From a virus (taxonomy: Duplodnaviria; Caudoviricetes): DNA of 32,973 bases. The translations under genes were made by a program, and so were the position numbers. The notes below the pieces were generated by a model. The model was not told the origin of the DNA. It saw only the letters and a program-made list of their open reading frames with translations, and made no database searches. The DNA lies in IMG/VR virus record IMGVR_UViG_3300043399_000882, positions 1 to 32,973 of that record; one strand, written 5' to 3'. Below, one piece after another: positions 7,349-19,300 of the stretch (the first letter of the stretch is position 1; the number at the start of each line of letters is the position of its first letter).

Positions 7349-10300
7349 TTATAATGGGGTTCCGTTCGAGTCAGTTAACGCAAGACCAGCTGATGTAAGC
7401 AGGCCTTGATTTTCTCTATTTGGGAGCTCTGCCGGTCTAGCTTGCAAGAATTTTGCCACCGATGTTGTGCTATCCATAATAGATTCAGTTTGTGTCGGTG
7501 AAACTTGATCATTCCATAAATTAGTTCTGTTAAACTCTCGTTTAACTATGACCAATTTAATGTTTTCTTGGACTCCATTTTCAATATTTAACTCTAACAA
7601 TTGTTGATTTGTAGTTACTGATATTGAAAACTCAGGTTCTACATATTTCATACCATTGTACAAATACCCTAGAACTGAATTTTCGGATTTAGAATTTTCG
7701 TAAACCCAAACTTCATTTGTGGCAGTTACCAAATACGATTCGCCTAAAATATTTGTAGATGGCAAATCTTGGACTGCCGCCACCGATCCTACGATATCAG
7801 CTTCTTGACTATCGTAAGCTAACGAAATATCGTGTAGGTAGTAGCCGTCTTTTCTAAGCAGTCTTCCACCATAATATACCTGAACTTGATCAGAGTATCG
7901 AGTTATTACTTCTTGACCTGAGCCGGATACTAAAGTATCAAAATCACTTTGCAATTTAATACCATCCGAAACACTATCTGAATTAGAATTTAACGGATTC
8001 ACAACAGTTGTGGTCACTGTACTAATCACATAACTGTTGGTGTTTGTGGTGTAAATTATCTGCTTGTACTGGTTTTCAGCATACGGGATTGTTTGATAAG
8101 ATCCTTGATCAATAACAGGCGTCCCCACTTCCAAATAGGGAGCAAGTCCAGTTCCTAAAGTAGATCTTCTCAACTGAGTCAGCGTGTTATCTACAACACT
8201 AAAAAATTCAATGCGCTCGCCGTTAATTACTACAACACCTGGTATCTTTTTATCAAGTGTTGGTGGTGTTAAAACTGCTGCGTCAACAACGTGTATTTCG
8301 ATGTCATCTGCGGTCAATGGCGCGGACAATACCGTTGAATTTCCCTTTGAAAGCCTCTTAAACGACGTTCTCTCAAACACATCATTAAACACTCGATAAC
8401 CCAACACTGTACTAGCCAGTTTATCCGAAGTAATAACTGTTATTGTCACAAGATCGGTGCTTAGTATATTGTACCTATCACCAATTTCTATAGTTCTAGA
8501 GTCCTCTAGAATCTTATAATCAATCTTGTTAACTAGAGGAATTCCGTTAACATCAACCCAAACATAGTTGTCATTAAGGACAGATTTGGTTAGCGTAAAT
8601 CTTCTAGATGGTCTGCCGGCAAACTTCTCAACAGTAACCATCATATCATCATGGTTTGTAAACGAAGTTGCTCTTATTATAGAATTTTCTACAGGCTTAT
8701 TCAATACCAAATCACCATCAACAACATCAAAAGTAATAGTCGATGCTTCCTCATTCCTAACACTAAGCACCGCAATCGCATCACCTGGGAATAGTATATT
8801 TGGGTTAAACTGAACAAAGTCTTTAGCGATTGTCACGTTGTATTCGAGATCAACTTTTTTAAGTTTGCCGTTAACGTAGACCCTGATATAATCTACACCT
8901 GCATTTGATACTGGAAGATTTGGCGGTTCGACGGCAAATATTTCAGTAGATGCGTCATACTTGTAATAAACGACTGTGGGCGGAGCAAGTTTTCTGAACC
9001 CAGAGCCGTCATTTAATTCAACAATCATGTTCACAGCGGCGGGCTCTAGCATTCCGGGAGGTTGTTCTAAAGCAAAAACGCTTGATGGAGAAGTAACAGT
9101 AAATGTTTGTTCTTTAAATTCGTTGTAATACTTGTTCTCAGTTCCAAAGAACCATGCTTGAACAGCATTTGCTGTTGTAGTTGTTAAATTGTAAACATGA
9201 ACTGATGCTCTCCTATTTAGGTCGCTGCTTGCTCCCAAAACGTAGTAAGGCGTCGAAGTTGAGTATTGCGATGTTATTGAAGAGCCGTTAACAGTCACAT
9301 ACGCACTCTTAACAGTATCAGCAGATGATAAACTGTATACCTGTGCTTCTGTAGTTCCAATTTCTGAGACTGCAAAATCTCTATCAATAACGCCAGCCTC
9401 TAGAGTTGATCGTCCTCCACCAATACCAACAATGTTGTACCCAAGAATTCCATTAGAAGACTGCGGAGAAATAGTTAGAGTGTTCGCAACCCAATCAATA
9501 TAATATAGAGAACTGTTAGTTAGTGTAGAGAAGGTAGTACTTGTACTTTCGATGAAAATACGATTATTGTATGTTACAAAGATGCTATCTTTATTTGGAG
9601 GGACAAACATCAACTGAACGGTTGTCGTACTGTATGAGCTAACATCAGCACTTCCAGAAAATACTATCGGAGCTCCTCGAGAATTTCGAGTGTATACGTT
9701 AATACCTATGGAATCTGCTACGAATCCGGGCACTAATTCCTCAGTTGTTTGAGCAATATCTTGAGAAATAAATCCACTTCCATCAACTATAGTCCGGGCT
9801 GGATCAACGCCAAAAGCATCGATGAATGTACCGCCGTTAATACTTGTATCTAAGATTGCCGAATTCTCATCATATTTCCAGAATTCAATCACCAACCCGC
9901 CAACGACTTGATTAATTATATCAGAACTAAAATACAATTTAGAGGTATTGACTTGTATTTCTACTTTGGAAACAAATACAGACTCATCGGCAAATATCGG
10001 TTCATCACTTAGCGCGTTGACCAACATCCCAACTGTAATGTCTACAGAATTAACTTCAAAAAACTTGTGAATCGGATCGTAATTTAATACGCTTGCAGTT
10101 TTATAAGAACTTATGCTATCTGCCCATGAAAATTTTCCATAAGATGAGTAATCATATCCCCATTTTGCGTTATAATCAAAAGTTAATCCTTCGATAACAG
10201 TTCCGGGAAAGTCAATCCCATCCATTACTTGAGCCAAGTCGTTGCCCGGCATCCCGGCTGTAGGTTTATAGAATTTAGTAATTCGTTCAGCCGCGTTATA

Positions 10301-13300
10301 CAGTTCAATATTCTTGTCGTATCGAACTTCTAACAAATGATCTGCTTCGGGTACTTGATTTACAAATACTATCTTTGAATATTTCTTATGATACCCATTA
10401 TAAACCTGATCGTAGAATACCAGTTTATACTCAGATCCCAATACCAAATCACCATCCAATAGTACTGTTATGTTCAATTTGTTGGCATCTGCGAGCCAAC
10501 TCAATACGTATTCGCTAGTCGATCCATCACATAAGAATCTGTCAACTACATTATGCTCATCAATTTCTGGCGAGCTAGAAACTCTATCAAATTTGATTCC
10601 AACTTTATTGGTTCTGACCTTCCCATTGACTAGCTGAGCATACGCCCTGGCTTGTTTGGTATACCCACCCCCATCTAAAACGATTGTAGGAGCAACTCGA
10701 TAGTTTGCTCCAGGGTTCAGTATCTCAATATATGTAACTTTTCCAGAAGTAACATATGCTTTTGCTGATGCACCGCCGCCAGTATCTCCATCTGCTGTGT
10801 TAAAAATCACGGTTGGAGGATATTTATATCCCTCCCCAACGTCGCCAATTCCAACACTACCCACCTTATACAAATAGTTGTCAGACCATGATTTCCAAGG
10901 ATGCTGCTCAATAACACTATCTGATAATTCAGCTGCATCAATTTTCAGAGTCTGCGTATTGAAGTAGGGTGGGAAATCAAAATCCGTAGTAAAGGTGTTT
11001 GATGGTTCAAGTATGTCGTAATTCGTAGAAAACGATCTAATTTGAGTATGATAAGGCTTGACCTCTTTAATGTAATCCTCGTAATATGCGCTATCTTGTA
11101 ACTTATAAACAGGTCTTTGATCCAGCGAACCTGCGTAGTTAGTAACGCTGATAAACGAGGTTTTAAACGCCCAATCTAGAATCTTTTGTTCACTCAGAGC
11201 ATACCTAACTGCTTTAAAGAAGAGTAAATTCCAGTTAATTTTCAACTCATTAACAAAAATATCAGATTTTAGTGCCTTCAATATATATGAAAGTTCAATA
11301 TCAGGAGTTTGATCGTACAAGGTTTGGTCATAGTTATTGTTACTATCAAACCCTAGATTGTTACCAACTGTGTTCCAAATCCTATCTTGAATTTGTATGG
11401 TCCCGTTTTGACTGTAAACTAGATCATACCCCTTTCCGAAGGTACCAGTATCCGTATTAGTCTTGCGGAGTACTACGTATCTTCCATCGCCTACATTTTT
11501 AACCTTAACATACTGATTTTCAACAATATCAATTAATGTATCTAATTGATACACGTAATCAACAGTTTCTGTATAGTCTACAAATTTGTTAAAATCTTGT
11601 GATTGCCAATCGACATAATCCCAGTATAGTCTGGTATTGTACGTTTGAGTCGAAACTCTAACCCATTCAGATATTTCAGTATCTCTGATAAACTTGGCCC
11701 ACTTTCCGTTAGATATCGAATCTGATAACACTATCACAGTGAACGGTCTAATTTCTAAGTCAGGTGGTATATCATACCCGTGGCCAGGATCGATAATCTG
11801 AGCAGATGTTACAGATCCAGAACCGTCGATTTCTAGCTTTATTTCAGCAGACCCAGTCATCACTGTCACTTTTGGCGGAGTTTTATATCCTAACCCAGGG
11901 TCATCAATTGAAACACGAACAACTTTCCCATTATCAACTGAACAACTAATCTTTGCAGTTTTTATGTATCGAACATCAACAAGTGTGAGTAATTCGTTAT
12001 CTTCAACAATTTCATCATACTCACCGGAAGCTAACACTGGCACAGTTTCTTCTTTTAGTAGATTTTCGAAACTGTAATTTCCAGTAATTTGATTTTCGAG
12101 CAATACTGAATTAACAAATTCTACTAAATTTCTAAGGGCAGCTTTCCTATCTTTAAACAAGGTTTGTCTTGGACGAATGCTAATACCGTATCTAGTACGT
12201 TCTGATAAACTAGGATCTGGAACTGGGTTCCCTAGACTATCGTGACCTAATAAGCTATCAATAAGTTTTTTCTCCAACATTGCTGTTGGCATACTAGAAT
12301 CAGAACCTTCTTGTATGAGAGCCCATTCAGTATGTTTAGGTATCGAACCTTTAAATTCATCAAAGGCAATGTTTAAGTTAATAGAATCGCCGACCAAAAG
12401 ATCGCCCACATTGGACAAAATCATTGCGTCTTTAGAAATCAGAGATGCAATTTTTAACCCGTAAGATGTAGGATTTGAAATAATTGAAGAGACTTGGTAA
12501 GAACTAATCCGCCTGTTTTTACTAGTCGGAACTGTGACTTTATTTTTAACCCAGTAATAGTATCGGTTTGTAAACGAATTCGTTAGAGAATTGTAAACTT
12601 GTTTGACAGATATCGTACTGTTATCGACAAATTTAGGCTGTCCACTAATTCCCTCAGTTAGCCCGGATGGTGTATCAGCTATTGCGCTCCACTCGGATGG
12701 CAAATACTGACTACTCACCCACTCGTAAACATCTATCGTGGCTCCCGGGAACAGTGTCCCCCAATTATTTTTTCTATAAGACAAACTACCTTGCTCGTAC
12801 CACACATACTTAACGGTACTTAGATCCCACCAAAGTTCTCCGACGTGGTCATCTAGCCAGTTGCTAGTGACATCGTTGTTTGTGGAAGCAGTTCCTATAC
12901 TGTATAGAGCGGGGTCAAATGATGTTTTATATCTAATTTCTTGATCAGCAATTCCCGGAATCTTGCCTTTAATTGGATCAAACAAATCTAAATAATCAAT
13001 CACTTGTTCTGTGTCTACATCAATTAACATAACTTTTTGTATAACATCTGTATCCACAAATTCATCATATTTCTTATATACGTTTAAGCTAGAAATCGAA
13101 GGATCCGTTTTGGTAAACTGATAAACTTTACCAGAAGACTGAGTAGGCGCTGCTACAACTACGGTATCATTAGCGATTACTATAGACCTGCCATAGTCAG
13201 ATCCAGATAACTCGTCAATAGAGTCGATCGGAAATACCTCTTCACAAAGTACATATCTAGAAGAATCACTCAGCTTCTTAAAAATATACACTGTTCCGCA

Positions 13301-16300
13301 ATTATCAACTGTTGAATAAAACTTCGTTGATTTAGCGTCAAATGTAGTTGAATTGTTATCGACTGTCATTTCAGTAGTGATAGATCCCACCGCTGATATT
13401 GCTATAGAGCTCGAATCATCATCTATACTAATCGAAGTCCCAAATTTAAATTTACTGCCCGGAATTGGATTATATATTGTAGAATCATACGCAAATGCTG
13501 TACCAGTGTTGATGTAAACTATTACAGCACCAGTTGACTGATTGATATTTTTAACTTGAGGAACTGTGACTAATAGTACAGTACCATCATTTGATAGTTT
13601 AACTGCGTCACCAAATCTGTCTCCTGATTCCACAAAAGACGGAACTTCGACATTCTGTAAAAATGAATAATTAGATCCTGAAAATATAGAAACTTGATTA
13701 CTGCCAGGGGCACTGATTGCTACATAGCTAGCATCTACGCTCTTAGATAGAGAGTATCCCCACTGTGATCCAGTAGACAACGTCGAAGTTGTCAAAGGTG
13801 CTACATACGAGACCATTAATCCAGTTGTTGATGTCGATATGCCAGTATAGGCTTTTAAATTGCTAATATCATAAAACTGAACTTTAGAATTTTGATTAAT
13901 GTCTTGTGCGAGATTGGTGCTAATTTTGATGTAATCGCCTAACTCATTTGATCCGATACTAACTACTGTCGGTCCTTGAATTATATCCTCAAACAGATCC
14001 TTTATCCAGACACGCATCCCTTGCTCAACGCCTTCAGTTGAACGCAGATATATCAAATTATTGCCGCTTAGTGCTGTTGATTGAACGTAAGTTGTTGTGG
14101 CCGGCGATGTTAATTGATATTCGTAAACCGCCCCAGTACCGGTAGTAAGTGTACCAGGTGCTCCCACTAAAAGTGTATCCCCTTTAAGATCAACAGATGC
14201 TCCAAATCGTTGATAATCTACGGAATTTGGACTGGAGATAATAAATTGAGGTACATCGCCAATTAGTATAGGGTTAACAGAGCTTATTTTTATCAATCCA
14301 GACTCTGTAGAGTTTACAACCGAATTGTATTCTTTAGAAACTTTCAAGCCAACAGTAGATGCTTGTCTAATATTCCCAGCAGCCGGTGCTCCTGCGACAA
14401 TAAGCCCGTATCCGCTGTCAGAAAATTCGTTGCTTGAATAACAAATTGCAGATCCAAATTCAGAAATATCACTGTTATAATAGTCGATGTTTTCAGTGTT
14501 TATAGAATAATTAAACACTCGTTCAGATTCAAATCCAATGTCGTTAAAAACATACACTCTCCCATTATCATAACTACCCAAAAATTCTGGTGAACCTACT
14601 AAAATAATGGTACTATCTGAATTTTTATAAACTTTAGAACCGAACTTTTGCGACACGCCTCCAGTAGTACTAGATACACTAGTGTAAGTATTAAAACTTT
14701 GAGTTTTTTCTAAAACTTGCCACTTATAAGAACCGTTCTCTTGATTGTCCACCCAGAATTTAGATCCGGTTGGGGCCCTAAGCATCTTAAGATCACTTGG
14801 AAACTTGCTGTGATCCTCAATTCTTGCGCTTGAAAATTCATATAATAGACCCGGACTTAACAATTCTTCGTTAGTAATGTAAGTCAAATCAGATGGAACT
14901 GTAAACTGATTTAATTTAGGTACAGAAGTTACACGATAAACTCCGTTAACTTGATCGCTAAATTGATTTATTGATATAATATCACCAACTGATAATCCGT
15001 GATGTAAGTCTGTAACAAACGTGATATCACTACCTGGGTTACTAACATACACACCAGCAACCCTCGAATTGTTGAGCTCATATCTCAATATATCCCAATC
15101 TCCATTTTGTTTAAACCCTAGCCAAAATACATCACCCTCCGCGATATCGGAAGTTGAAGCAATGTCTAATAAGCTGTTTTCATTATAAGCAGTGGCTGTG
15201 ATATCTTCAAAACTCACATACCCAGCCGAATTTAAAACAAAATTGTTTGTTGACGTAGTTTTGAACGTTTTAGATACATCATAATCCTCAGGGGTTATTA
15301 ATAGCTCGCCTTTAGTTATGTAATTGATCAAATCAACTGGTTCGTTTGGTTTCTGATCGACAATATTGATTATTTGCGGATTCTCAACAAACGATCCTTC
15401 AATTAAAGGAAGTTCAATTTCTTGATAGCTAGAGTAAGACCCGTACTGCCCTTGTCTAAATGCCCAATCTTCTGTATAACTAACCTCACCTTGTAAATTA
15501 AAAATACTAGCCTTAGCTAACTTGGTAATTGCGTTTTTTGTTCCCTTCTCACGGATATATCCCTGATAAAACTTATATTGAGCAATTGGATTAGAAAACA
15601 CATTGTTTAGATACACTCGCGGTGTGTACCCTATTAAATGCTGAGCCATTTTTTGCTGAGAGGCGTCAAAGTTGTCAATATCTAAACTATAGAAATCCTC
15701 AAATTGATTAATTTTATAATCAAAATTCGGTATTAGATCGGCAACGGGTTTCTTACCAACTAACGTCCACGAATTTACTTGGTCCGAGAACTTCGCTGCT
15801 CCTGTGATATTGCGAATCGCAGAGTAATACTTGCCAGTAAACTTCACAATATCGCCATACTTGTAATCTGTGTACTCTTTCCAGGAATCTATCAACGCTG
15901 TATCATAAACAAATCCGGGACTGAAGTAGTCACCGTTCCACTCCGCCGTGCGGAATCCTGACAATTTCATTCGACGCTGTCTATATCCAGTTTCTATTTC
16001 GTAGATCGTATCGTTAAACACTGTTTTGTTATTGAACACCATCGCATGTTCTTTTTGTACAGAATTTAACTCAGCAAAATAAATGCCCTCAACAGTGTTA
16101 ATTGTGTTAATCACACAAACACCGTCGTTTCTAGAGATCGTTAAATTATTTTTAGAAATTGGCAGCCCGTCGGCTTTTAATACCCGGTATTCATAGAAAC
16201 TATCGAAGATATTATCTACAACACTATTTGGTAAAGAAAACTTTACGTTATCAGCAAACGGACTTAGTGTGATCACACTGTTATCTGCCCAATTTTGCGT

Positions 16301-19300
16301 AGTCCAGTATAGGAACTCCCTAGAAGACAAGTTCCAGTCAACAATCGTATCCAAATCAGCGCTGTATTGATCAAACACAAATCCTTGCGTCTCTAACCAC
16401 TTACCGTATCCAACAATCACATCAAATACGTCTTGAAGCCTTTCAAAAGTAGTGCCGTAAGGGACGTGAGTAGTTGTATTTTCAAAGGAAGCAGCAACTT
16501 GAACAGTGGCGCCGCCATTAACTGGCAGTGATTGTAATATTTGATAGAGAGAAGGGTTGAACGAGCTGCCAGCTTGATGAGAAACTTTCACTCGGTAAAA
16601 TTTATTTCTATAAGAAACAATTTGACCTGCGGAGTAAAAATTACCCGCTATGGCAGACTGAGCCGTTGTTGTGTCCGCTGCTGTTAGGCCGTTATTACTG
16701 CCTGCGGAACCTTCGCTCCAATTTACATAGGGTTCGGAAATGCCGCCAATGGTGATTGCCGGTGTATTTGTATTCCTAATAGGCATTAACACATTGAAAT
16801 ACGGAGAGAACTGATCGTATCCTTTCAACACAAATTTTCCCGAAGTCTTCTGGATAACAATTCCGGAAATAGTCACAGTTTTTACTGGATTGCTAACATT
16901 CAGTATTAGTTCGTAGTCTTCTTGAGGGAGCAGTGCTCCCGGACTAGTGCTGTTTGGCTCGATGGCGTCTATGATTATCTGCAACTTATCTTTACTAACA
17001 AATCCGCCAACCTTATAGAACAGGCTAAAATTCGAGTAAGCCAGATCTTCAGCAAGAGTTTTTAAGTAATTACTTGATCTCTGTTTTCCAATTTCTGAAA
17101 CATATACACTGTATCCGCTAGTTAATGCGCCGTTATAACCAGAAACTTTAACAGAATTTAAATTTAAAAATAGCTCGCTGGTGTTTGATACTTTCTGCCC
17201 AACCGGATTCACAATCACATCTGATGTATCATACATCATTGACGCGTAAGTAGAAGGTTTGGCAACTGCTAATAGGCGTTGAACTGCAAAAGGCCAGTAA
17301 CTACTACGCCTCCAAGCCGTCTCAGCCGGTCCGAAGTCGCCAAACTGCCAATCTTTGTATATGTCAGCTGGAGAAATAGCTGTAACTAATGTATCAATTG
17401 ACACGTTGTTTCCAAACTCGTCAACTGGGAGGCATGACAGTAGCCCCTCTCTAACATATTTTATGTCAACGCCTGCTCTATGGCCTTGTCTAATTATACC
17501 TTTAGATAAATCCTCCCAGAGCAAATCGTTACCAGAAGTATATGGAGCAATTCCATATTCAGACTCCCACCAACTAGGTTTGTTACTAAACCCTAACATT
17601 TCCCAGGGATGTGTTCCGGGACGTTCGGTATCGTATAAGTGCTTGAAGATAGATCTCCAGTTTCCTCTAACTTTCGATCCAGTAGCAACAACAGTAGAAT
17701 CACTGCAATTCCATGTAAGGGAACTGCTGTAATCAAAAGTAGAGTTCGTAAAGGCATCAACACCGTAGAACCCTGCCCATTTCATAAAATCTTTTTGTAA
17801 AATCTTATTAACTTCTGTTACTGAATATTCAGTTTCTCTGAAAGCACCTGGGAAGAATGATATCGCATCCAACAGCTCGGGTCTGTAAGCTGCCTTAATA
17901 TTGTTGAATATTCGTTTTTCGAATTCTAAAACAACATTATCACGATAATCATTATACGCGACCATTAGACTGCCATCATGCCCTTGAATAACCTTAGTAG
18001 GCCCAGCTGCATAAGTGTTATCGATGATGATTTGAGGTTCAAATTTTGGATATAATCCTAATTTAGACGGTGTTGCTGGCACATACGATCCGCTAGTATC
18101 ATAATAATCATCAACTACAATACGATCCCCAGGGACCAGTGGTTTTAAAAATTCTACGAAAGAATCTACTGAATTAAACTGATAATCGACTCCATGTGTT
18201 AACTGAATATCATTTAAATAAACTAACACAGATCGAGTGCTTAAAGCCGACGTGTTAAACTCAGACTTAATTGGATAAGAAATATTTCTACTATCAGTGA
18301 CAATCCACGAACGCGCTTCTTTATCGTTGCCGTAAGCAATCATATCCGAATCATACCACGGCGAATTCAAATCTTTATCCGAGTTCAGTTCAGAAAGCGC
18401 AATGTCAACAGCAGATTTTGGGTCTCCGGCAATTTCAAACTCAGCAATCTTCTTCAAAAATGCTAATTTAAATTGATTGTACTGATCCGCAGACTTTGTG
18501 ATTGCGTCAACCGCATTATGCTCTTTAATGCCTAAGAAAAAGGCCGCAAATGCGATAGGGTTAGCATTAGAAATTAACCTAGACCCAGTCTTTCCAACAA
18601 ACGGCAGGTCTCTAGAATTATTTGAACCAACCGCGTTGCCATAAAATTCGATGTCTACCTCTGCCATTGTTTTAAAATGATCAGTGAGTTCAGTTAGTGT
18701 GAACTCGGATACCGAACCGTTTAGTGGATTGTTAGTTAGACTCACCGGAGTCTCGTACCACCCAGAATTTGTAGTCTGCGTTTTGGTTCTTGCTTTAATT
18801 AATACATTTGATAGTCGGTCTAGAGTATAATTGAATTGTATATATGATCTATTAACTTCAGATACAAGTTGCCATTTTGATGAATCAATTTGAACGTTAT
18901 TAACAAACACTGTAAAACTAGTATCACTGTCAATTGGTTGAGACAATGATGTAATTTCAATAATTGACGTAGCAGTTGACACAGTAAACTGCAATACAGG
19001 TATATCATAATTTACCGCAACATCCCACGCATTCTTCAAGACATCGCCAGTAGAATAAGAATATTTGCAAAATGCTTTTGCAGCGCTGACAGTGGTAACT
19101 TTGTTATTTTCAAAAATCGAAAAAGTGTCGCTGGTTAGATTGTTAGCAAACATCCAACTACCGACACCAGTTTTAGCCGTAGTCTTGTACTTTATGGAAA
19201 ATCCCAATACGCTATCATAAACTGTCCCATCAGCATAACTAAAAATTTTATTTCCAGAAAAATTGCTGTTATATACCGAGCCGGATGAATAGCTAATGCC

